A stretch of DNA of 64,000 nucleotides, from positions 30,353-94,352 of the forward strand of contig JBGSZS010000005.1 in NCBI GenBank assembly GCA_041750285.1, read 5' to 3'. The position numbers and the translations under genes were made by a program. The stretch is from Candidatus Fermentibacteraceae bacterium (GTDB lineage: Bacteria; Fermentibacterota; Fermentibacteria; Fermentibacterales; JCC-6). Positions 57,215-64,000 of this stretch are shown piece after piece; position 1 is the first letter of the stretch; each line of letters begins with the position of its first letter. The notes beneath the pieces are model-generated. The model ran no database searches. It saw only the letters and a program-made list of their open reading frames with translations, and was not told the origin of the DNA.

Positions 57215-57604
57215 TCACTCCATCATCTCCGCGGCAGCGAGAAGCCCGGCCCTGAGGATCAGCTCCTCGGGTACGGCCTCGTAGGTCTTTTCCCCGACCT
57301 CAAGAGTTCTGCACTGGGAATCGCCGCAGGCGTCGCAGCACTGGCTCTGACCTGTGCCCCCTCCCACCCACTCCTCGAGGGGCCTGCCATTGATCCAGAT
57401 CCTGTTGGACTGGAGGGGGTCGCCCGAGAATGCCGCCTGGTCGAGTGCGGCTTTCTCGAGCGAAACATTGATGCCCAGGGGGGCAAGCACTTTTTCAAGC
57501 TTCCCGATGGCGTTCTCGGTGGCGTTCCCGGTGCAGGAACAGCGTTCACAGGTTGCGCCCTCGTCGTTCACGAGGCGCTGCCACCTCACTGACATTGTCT
57601 TCAT
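57215..57604 (-). CDS. DUF2703-like thioredoxin-fold protein
   Basis: WQRLV....TCERC..T, SNRIWINGRPLEEW, CC..C, CRT. Confidence 0.8.
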   Translation of the reverse strand: MKTMSVRWQRLVNDEGATCERCSCTGNATENAIGKLEKVLAPLGINVSLEKAALDQAAFSGDPLQSNRIWINGRPLEEWVGGGTGQSQCCDACGDSQCRTLEVGEKTYEAVPEELILRAGLLAAAEMME

Positions 57605-57614
57605 TCCACACCCT

Positions 57615-58238
57615 TCATCCGGTATGCCTGACAAGGGCCATGGCAGCCCTGATGTCCTCACATATCATCCGGCGTTTGCTCTTTTCGATGAAAAAACTCG
57701 GCCCGGCCTGAAGATAGGACGGAAAAGCCCTCGCCCCCTTATGGAAGTACTCCTTGTCCCTGATCCTGTAGGTGGACCCGGCCGGGATGACCCTCGCAAG
57801 CCCCTGACGGAGTGCGATGCAGTTCAGCGCCCTGATCGCGACATCGCCCATGAGAAGATATGCCCTCACGCGGGGGAACAGCTCCAGCTCCCTCTCAAGC
57901 AGAAAACTGCATTCCTTTACGGTGGACGTGTTTATCCCGTAGCCTGTCTTGCCGCACTTCACCGCGGTTGTCATGTAAACTCCGAGATCAAGCAGGTCTG
58001 AAGCTGAATCAACCTTCTCCCCGGCGTCGCGGAAGGCCTGCAGGGTGGTTCGAAGGAAAAGGGGGTCTCCCGGTGAATAGTAGTGATCAAAGGGATCGGC
58101 GGGAGCAGCCTCTGAGATCAGCACCACGGAGACTTTTGCCGGGTCGACCTGCACCCCTGGAACAGCGAAACAAGCGTGTCTGACATCGCTGCAGGGAAAC
58201 CCGGCACACTTCACAGAGTCGGAGGGTACAAGGGCCAC
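57615..58238 (-). CDS. Uracil-DNA glycosylase-like protein
   Basis: GAAGGAG RBS and GTG; C..FPC, ISEA, TTAVKC, LERELELFP, LLMGDVA. Confidence 0.75.
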   Translation of the reverse strand: MALVPSDSVKCAGFPCSDVRHACFAVPGVQVDPAKVSVVLISEAAPADPFDHYYSPGDPLFLRTTLQAFRDAGEKVDSASDLLDLGVYMTTAVKCGKTGYGINTSTVKECSFLLERELELFPRVRAYLLMGDVAIRALNCIALRQGLARVIPAGSTYRIRDKEYFHKGARAFPSYLQAGPSFFIEKSKRRMICEDIRAAMALVRHTG

Positions 58239-58301
58239 ATCTCCTCCTTCAACCGGAAATATACACGCATGAACCGGACCTGTGCCCAAGAAAGCAAACA
58301 T

Positions 58302-58721
58302 TCAATCCGCCGGAGGAAGGTTCCCCGTAACATTGCCCCGCTCATCGGTTCGAAGAAGCCCCCTTGAGCAGTCGAGCAGCACGAGTTCGTTGCCCCACGG
58401 GTCGCGGACGACGCAGCACCGCCCGATGCGGATGTCGAAGGGAGCAACGCTGACGCTGCCTCCCGCCCCGGCAATGACCCGGGCCGCTTCATCGGCGCTG
58501 TTCACGAGCAGGTCGGTCTCGGGGCCTCCCCCGCCCGTGTGGATGACTATCTCCGTTCCGTCCACCGGCATCCTGAGCCCGGCGGAATCGCAGTCCCTCC
58601 ACACAAGCTCCAGCCCCAGCGCATCGCGGTAGAACGCCAGGCCCGATTCAAGGTCATCCACGGGAAGCCTCACGCAGTCCACACGGCGCAGAATGGCAGG
58701 GCCGGGTTTGTCAGTGTTCAT
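58302..58721 (-). CDS. VOC/glyoxalase family protein
   Basis: VDDLESGLAFYRDALGL, PFDIRIGRC, DPWGN. Confidence 0.9.
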   Translation of the reverse strand: MNTDKPGPAILRRVDCVRLPVDDLESGLAFYRDALGLELVWRDCDSAGLRMPVDGTEIVIHTGGGGPETDLLVNSADEAARVIAGAGGSVSVAPFDIRIGRCCVVRDPWGNELVLLDCSRGLLRTDERGNVTGNLPPAD

Positions 58722-58828
58722 GGCACGGGCAGTATCTGCAGGCGGCAAACGCGTACCAAAACCTCGACATGACAGGAAAAGGCACGGTTCGTCCGGGCCA
58801 CACATGCAAGCGCAGGATCGGGGAAGGA

Positions 58829-60049
58829 TCACTCATCGGAACCCCGGGCTTCCCGCCTGATAAATGACGTGAACACGAACAGGGCGGCACCCTGGAACAC
58901 AACCGAGAAGATCACCATGGGCACGGGACCGAAACGGTCGTAAAGAAGGCCGATGATGGCGCTTCCGACGAACCAGCAAAAACCGAACGCAGTGTTGAAG
59001 AGCCCGAAGGCCCGGCCCCGTTTCTCCTTGGGCACCCTGTCACCGATGGCCGCCTTGAGGATGGACTCCTGGGTGCCCACACTTATCCCCCAGAGGGCCA
59101 TGCCGCCAATGATGGCCCATGACGGGCCGAGGAAGACCATCGGCGCGGTGAAGAGCTCGGCAATGAAGAGCCCCAGGAGCGCCCTGGCGCCGTAACGGTC
59201 ATAGAGCTTGCCGAACACCAGGGCGGCAGCGGCATCAACTGCCATGGCCCCGGAGTAAAGCAGTGGAATGGCCGCCTCGGTGAACCTGGCGGTCTTCAAC
59301 AGGTGCAGACCGATCAGCGGGAAATCCGTTATCCCGACGGCAAGCAGGCCCGAAGCGGCCACTATCATCCAGTATCCCCTGGAGTAGCCCTTCAGGCGAA
59401 CCTCGGGCGTTGCGCGGTCGAGCTCGAACATCTGCGGGCGCGGGAAGAAGAACCGCGCCGTCACGACCACGAACACCGCAAGCCCGGCCGGTATGAACAG
59501 AAGCAGGAGCCCCCGGCGGTACTCGGCAAGTGCCGCACCGTCGGGCCCGGAAAAGAGCAGCAGGGAAAAAAGCGCCGGCCCCAGGAAAGCCCCCACCTGG
59601 TCCATAGCTTCATGAAGCCCGAACCCGAAGCCGCTCCCGGTCTGCTTCGACGCGAAAGATATCACCGCGTCGTGCGCGGGCTTCCGTATGGCCTTGCCTA
59701 CCCTTTCCAGAAACAGGAAGACAAGTGCAAGCTTCCATCCCCGCACGAAGGCCAGCATGGGCAGCGAACAGAGCTGCACCACATAGCCGGTGATGATAAG
59801 GAGCCAGTATTTGCGGGTCCTGTCCGCCACTGAACCGGATACCAGACGAAGCGCATATCCGATGAATTCACCGAAACCCGCGGAAAGACCCAGTGCGAAG
59901 GCGCTGGTGCCCAGCAGCTTTATGTACTGCCCCACCACGCTGCGGCCGCCCTCGTAGTTCATGTCGGCAAAGAGGCTCACCACACCCAGCAGGACGATGA
60001 AAGCCACCGCGGAAGACCGGCCCAGACCCGCCTTCACATCAGCCTCCAT
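58829..60049 (-). CDS. MFS transporter
   Basis: VSLFADM.YE, ERVGKAIR.P..D, GFGLHEAMDQ.GA, GKLYDRYG; ~12 TM helices. Confidence 0.92.
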   Translation of the reverse strand: MEADVKAGLGRSSAVAFIVLLGVVSLFADMNYEGGRSVVGQYIKLLGTSAFALGLSAGFGEFIGYALRLVSGSVADRTRKYWLLIITGYVVQLCSLPMLAFVRGWKLALVFLFLERVGKAIRKPAHDAVISFASKQTGSGFGFGLHEAMDQVGAFLGPALFSLLLFSGPDGAALAEYRRGLLLLFIPAGLAVFVVVTARFFFPRPQMFELDRATPEVRLKGYSRGYWMIVAASGLLAVGITDFPLIGLHLLKTARFTEAAIPLLYSGAMAVDAAAALVFGKLYDRYGARALLGLFIAELFTAPMVFLGPSWAIIGGMALWGISVGTQESILKAAIGDRVPKEKRGRAFGLFNTAFGFCWFVGSAIIGLLYDRFGPVPMVIFSVVFQGAALFVFTSFIRREARGSDE

Positions 60050-60088
60050 AAGGGGAAAGGCATCAGGAACCAGAAGCCCCCGCAGGGA

Positions 60089-60688
60089 TCAGCAGATTCG
60101 GAAAGGTGTCGTGACAACAAAATAGCCACTCTTCCACGGTCCAGACACCTGCAGGTACTTGGGAACGGAGACCTCCAGGTGGATGTCCTCCGGCTCCATC
60201 AGAACGAGCTCCTTATCGGGTTCCTCGACCAGCCGCGCTCCCCTTTCCATGTAGAAATGAACCGTGTTCCTGGATTCAGTGGCGGAGATGTAGAGGCGGT
60301 CAGCCCCTACCTTCCCCGCGGCCTCAAGGCATTTGTGAAGGAGAATTGAAGCGATTCCCCGCCTCCTGTGCTCCCGGCTCACGAACAGGATGTCCATCTT
60401 GCAGTAACAGTGCCTTATCCCGCGGAACCTGTTCTCCAGCGAGGCAACTCCCAGCAGCTCCCCGTCCTCGAATGCGCCGAATACCCACCCACCGTTGGCC
60501 AGAAGAATCTTCTGACGACGGATGACGGCCTCGAGTTCATCAGGTTTGAAGCCCTTAATGTCGTAGTTCACGGCCACTTCGATAAGTGAGCCGTCAAGGA
60601 GCCGGTAGATCGAATCCACCTTCTCGCTCCGGTCAATCCCCCGGATCAGATCGATCTCAGACAGTGCAAGTTCACGGTACTCCATCAT
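60089..60688 (-). CDS. GNAT acetyltransferase
   Basis: LFVSREHRRRGIAS motif A, LYISAT, FY. Confidence 0.9.
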   Translation of the reverse strand: MMEYRELALSEIDLIRGIDRSEKVDSIYRLLDGSLIEVAVNYDIKGFKPDELEAVIRRQKILLANGGWVFGAFEDGELLGVASLENRFRGIRHCYCKMDILFVSREHRRRGIASILLHKCLEAAGKVGADRLYISATESRNTVHFYMERGARLVEEPDKELVLMEPEDIHLEVSVPKYLQVSGPWKSGYFVVTTPFRIC

Positions 60689-60736
60689 CCCCCCAAAGCA
60701 GAACAACTGAACAAGGGCACAATCTGCCCCCGCGCG

Positions 60737-61300
60737 TCAAGAAGAGCAAGGGCGGAACAGAGCCGTCCTGCTGAAGGCCACCCCGGGGCATTCAAGGGAA
60801 ACAAACCCCGCATCCAAAGCAAGCCCGATGCTTGCAGAGAAGGAAGCCTTCGACACATGGAACGGAGGTTCTACCACAAGCAGCCGCCCACCCGGCCGGA
60901 GAAGCGAAAGAACCTCCAGAAAGAAGGCACGCTGATCCGGAAGCTCATGAAGCATGTAGAAGGCAAGGGCAAAATCAACCGGTTCAGACAGCCCGATCCT
61001 CGAAGGAGAGCACTTGTGAAGGACTATCCGGGAGGCAAGTGCGGTTCCCTCGACCTTGGCCCTCACCCGGGCAAGCATTCCCTCCTGCAGATCACAGGCG
61101 TAAACCCTGCCTGACGGACCCACAAGACGCGCGATCTCAACCGAGAAGAAACCCGGCCCGCACCCCGCATCAAGAACACTCATCCCCTCCCTGACGTATG
61201 GAAGGAGTATCCGCCGCGGGTTCTGAAAGAATGCCCGAAACCTGTTATCAAGCCCACCCGCCCTCTCAACAGGGCACACACGGCTATTCTCACGACTCAT
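60737..61300 (-). CDS. Class I SAM-dependent methyltransferase
   Basis: RVCP, VLDAGCGPGFF, DLQEGML, LRPGG.LLVVEP. Confidence 0.9.
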   Translation of the reverse strand: MSRENSRVCPVERAGGLDNRFRAFFQNPRRILLPYVREGMSVLDAGCGPGFFSVEIARLVGPSGRVYACDLQEGMLARVRAKVEGTALASRIVLHKCSPSRIGLSEPVDFALAFYMLHELPDQRAFFLEVLSLLRPGGRLLVVEPPFHVSKASFSASIGLALDAGFVSLECPGVAFSRTALFRPCSS

Positions 61301-61701
61301 GATCCTCCAAACCCGCAGAAAACACACACAGCACGATGAACGGAGAGCACCCCGTGACACCGGGGACACTCCCACCGCTTCCGCTCACAAGCAACAAAAG
61401 CTTCAATCCCCTCATCCCGGATAAGGGCCAGATTCTCAAGCATGCTCATCCCGTACCTGGTACGATACCGCTTGTCGAGGTCACGCAAGCGACGACACGG
61501 TGAACCGCACGAACAGAACTCCCCCACCCTCTCAACACAATTCCTGATCTTGCAGGAAGCGCAGTACGCAGGCTTGGATGAAGAACTCCTGCAACCGGAA
61601 CAGATCCTCTTCTCACGCAGAAAACCGCTGCACAGAGCGCAGTTCATCCCGCAGGGAGCCATCATCTCCGGAACTATGGCATCAACGCCGATCTTTTCCA
61701 C
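61297..61701 (-). CDS. DUF3795-like Cys-rich protein
   Basis: APCGMNC..C, C.GC, CKIRNC, LDKRY, ENL..I, CP.C; GTG after GGAGG. Confidence 0.8.
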   Translation of the reverse strand: MEKIGVDAIVPEMMAPCGMNCALCSGFLREKRICSGCRSSSSKPAYCASCKIRNCVERVGEFCSCGSPCRRLRDLDKRYRTRYGMSMLENLALIRDEGIEAFVACERKRWECPRCHGVLSVHRAVCVFCGFGGS

Positions 61702-62071
61702 AACCCTCCACGGAAGCAAGCATTTCAAGCCGCTTCAAGACCATCCGAACGACAAGGTCGGAAGGGATCGGCCGTGAATTCGGGAACTGAACCGAACCCC
61801 GGCCATACTTGTACCCCGAAAGCTCCAAAGCAAAGAACTCGATAACCGAAGGATGGGGATAGAACCCCACATGCCCCGCATACCCTGCAATCATTATCTG
61901 CTGATCCCGTTTCCCGCCGGGAACCAGGGCAAAGGCCGGGATGCCGTAGTTGAAAACCAGTTCAGCATCAGGCACGGCAGTAAGGATGCACTCGGCAACC
62001 TCAAGAAGGGCTTTCCTGGTTGCCGGGGGAAGGGAGTTCAGGTAGTCAGTGAAGGCCGGAGAGGTTATCAC
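61682..62071 (-). CDS. DUF1801 (YdhG-like) protein
   Basis: YL..LP, VPDA....YGIPAF, HVGFYP, GSVQFP. Confidence 0.85.
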   Translation of the reverse strand: MITSPAFTDYLNSLPPATRKALLEVAECILTAVPDAELVFNYGIPAFALVPGGKRDQQIMIAGYAGHVGFYPHPSVIEFFALELSGYKYGRGSVQFPNSRPIPSDLVVRMVLKRLEMLASVEGCGKDRR

Positions 62072-62841
62072 GTTTCAACTCCGGCTGAGGAAACGGCAAA
62101 CGGAATATGCTTAGCCTCGCAGTACGCAAGGATTCGAAGATTCCTTGATTCGATGAATTCGATATTCCGTTGCATGTAAGCAAGATAGGATTCCTTGCCT
62201 GAGGGAAAGGGTGAGGAACAAAAATCATCGAATGGCAGAAAGAATCGCACCTCAGAGAAGTCAGCATCAACAAGGTCCTGAAGAAGGAAGAATTCCACGT
62301 AGCCACGGAAGCTCTCAAACATCCCGAAGAAATCACGGTAACGCTGAAGTGTTTCTTCCAGAGGGCTCCCCTCATTTAGGTAGTGCCGTCGGATGCATTC
62401 CAAAGTCAAGTCAAAGCGATCCTTGATCTTCGAGTTGAGTCCCCGGGCGCAGTTGATCGTGTGCTTTCCACTGACCTGGTTGCAAGGGAAGATCAGCATC
62501 CCTCCCATCGTGTAGCCGAGATTCCTGAATGATTCAACGGCATCCGCAGGTACCTGTTCAACAACTCGAAGAATCATCGGGTCGCGGTAGCGAGCAAATG
62601 ATGCGATGATCGAATCACTCGACAGCCAGAACTCCCTCAACTCTGAACGATGATGCAAATACACCCCAGGCCTTGAATCATCCAACTCAAAATGAAAACC
62701 ATTGGGAAGCGGTTTGCTCCAAAGAAATCTGTGATAGCTCCGGAGCGTTGGGCTGCTTGCATCAGGATCTTTTCCTGGTGGAGTGTCTGATTGGAAGTTG
62801 AAGGTGGTGTCTATTAGATACATATCTTTTAAATCAGACAT
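62068..62841 (-). CDS. Conserved hypothetical protein (DUF6994-like), lower GC
   Basis: DPDA.SPTL..YH..LWSKPLPNG, LSSD, TIN.ARG....I.DRFDLTLECIRR, FFLLQDLV. Confidence 0.75.
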   Translation of the reverse strand: MSDLKDMYLIDTTFNFQSDTPPGKDPDASSPTLRSYHRFLWSKPLPNGFHFELDDSRPGVYLHHRSELREFWLSSDSIIASFARYRDPMILRVVEQVPADAVESFRNLGYTMGGMLIFPCNQVSGKHTINCARGLNSKIKDRFDLTLECIRRHYLNEGSPLEETLQRYRDFFGMFESFRGYVEFFLLQDLVDADFSEVRFFLPFDDFCSSPFPSGKESYLAYMQRNIEFIESRNLRILAYCEAKHIPFAVSSAGVET

Positions 62842-62904
62842 TTGATGGGCCGATCCTGTTTCCTGGATACCAGCGTTACTCGTTTGAATGCTGGGCCGCA
62901 GCCT

Positions 62905-63036
62905 TCCATCCTGATGGCTTCGATCGCCATCTTCGCCTTGAAACACTTACAATGCAGCCTTTTCGCTATGTCGTCTCCTTCTGGAAGCTATGCCTGAATC
63001 TAACAATCACCCCTGCTACAATGGGGAGCCAGTTCA
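62905..63036 (-). mobile_element. Decayed IS3-family left-end remnant
   Basis: Reverse complement TGAACTGGCTCCCCATTGTAGCAGGGGTGATTGTTAGATTCAGGCATAGC... aligns to the IS end at 63861; orfA start is ATA and reads FKAKMAIEAI. Confidence 0.85.
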
Positions 63037-63182
63037 GCTTAAGGATCAATAGGACTGACAACGAACTGGAACTCTCCATACACAAACCGGGAGAAGCAAC
63101 ACTGAGTCCGGAAGGAAAAGGCATAAAGAGCCAACGGGGACTTTCTTTTTGATCAGTTCTTCAGGCAAGAAGGGGTGCAGTG

Positions 63183-63860
63183 TCACTCCTCAGGCGAAGA
63201 CTGTTTGCCGTCGCCTGTCGACGCTTTCTCTGTATTCATTTCAATTCGATCCAGTCGTGCTTTAATGGCCTGAAGTTCCGTAAGCGTTTTCTCCTCGACC
63301 TTTTTTCCTTCTTTCTCCGTATGCTGAAGGAAGAAAGAAGCAACGTATGCAGTGAAAGTGCCAAAGAGCCCCACCCCCGCGGTCATCAGGACAGCGGCGA
63401 TGATTCTACCGAGCATGGTGGTTGGATAGAAGTCTCCATAACCAACAGTCGTGATCGTGACAAAAGCCCACCAGAGTGCGTCAGACGCAGTCTTGATATT
63501 GGAATCGGGAGAGGTCTCGCAATTCAGCATGGCAATGGATGAGAACACAACCAGAACGAAGGAGATCATTGCGACAGACGCGAAAGTGCCCTTTGCCCGG
63601 TTCGTAAAAAGGAACTTCAGTATCTGCTTCGTTGATCTGATTCCTCGAAGAATTCTCAGAATTCGTATGATCCGAATGAAGCGCCCCCATCGCAGGATTT
63701 GCAGATTGGGAATGCTTGAAACAAGATCAATCCAACCCCACTTCAGATACCCGAGCTTTGATTTGGCCGTGATGACATTGAAGACAAAATCGCCGATGAA
63801 AATAATGCAAACAGCGTTGTCGATATGATTCAGCAGAATTGATGTCTCTTCCGGCAGACG
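63183..63860 (-). pseudogene. Voltage-gated K+ channel / ion transporter, 5' end interrupted by an IS
   Basis: S4 RFIRIIRILRILR, pore WWAFVTITTVGYGD; homology stops at the IS boundary 63861 and the S1 helix is missing. Confidence 0.85.
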
Positions 63861-64000
63861 TGAGCTGGCCCCCCTATGTAGACAGGGGTGATAGTTAGAT
63901 TCAGGCATGGCTTCTTGAAGGAGGGGACATGCCGAAGCGGGTACACAGTGCGTCATTCAAGGCGAAGGTGGCAATAGAAGCCATCAAGGGAGAGAAGACC
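63861..64000 (+). mobile_element. IS3-family insertion sequence, left end (partial)
   Basis: Starts TGAGCTGGCCCCCC (IS3-type 5'-TG end); AAGGAGG RBS followed by orfA. Confidence 0.88.
63929..64000 (+). CDS. IS3-family transposase OrfA, 3'-partial
   Basis: MPKRVHSASFKAKVAIEAIKGEKT, a typical HTH_Tnp_1 N-terminus. Confidence 0.85.
   Translation, partial: MPKRVHSASFKAKVAIEAIKGEKT

Noticed and set aside
60737..61750. Diversity-generating retroelement
   Set aside because: No reverse transcriptase and no TR/VR repeat pair seen in the window
63861..63956. N-terminus of the 257-aa ion-channel ORF
   Set aside because: It is antisense IS3 sequence, not channel coding sequence

Overview
GC-rich bacterial chromosome segment that appears to span the replication terminus. 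A T9SS-type C-terminal domain and a MoxR/Bat operon suggest an FCB-related lineage, possibly Fermentibacterota (inference only). Almost all genes from 1 to 35540 are on +: murJ, uvrC, tRNA-Leu, mutL-miaA, pgi, purN, era-scpA-scpB-rluB-cmk-plsC-rpsA-mtaB-coaE. Almost all genes from 35989 on are on -: Bat/MoxR operon, PMM/PGM, TPR-MshEN protein, hutI, rpmA, M14 peptidase. At the convergence point is a 28-bp XerC/XerD dif-like site (35972-35999). About 100 bp to its left is an unexplained non-coding array of ~74-bp hairpin repeats (35520-35870) with compensatory stem changes; this is the most interesting feature. After tRNA-Pro (50406) lies an accessory cluster of small genes (SPFH pair, VOC x3, GFA, methyltransferases, UDG-like, MFS, GNAT, DUFs). 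It ends in a K+-channel gene cut by an IS3-family element, with a decayed inverted end of the same IS type nearby. Other oddities are an Era, a CoaE and a histidine kinase with degenerate catalytic motifs, an orphan ParB-TPR fusion, ultra-short uncharged signal peptides and two frameshifted genes. All calls were made by eye from motifs; no searches were run.
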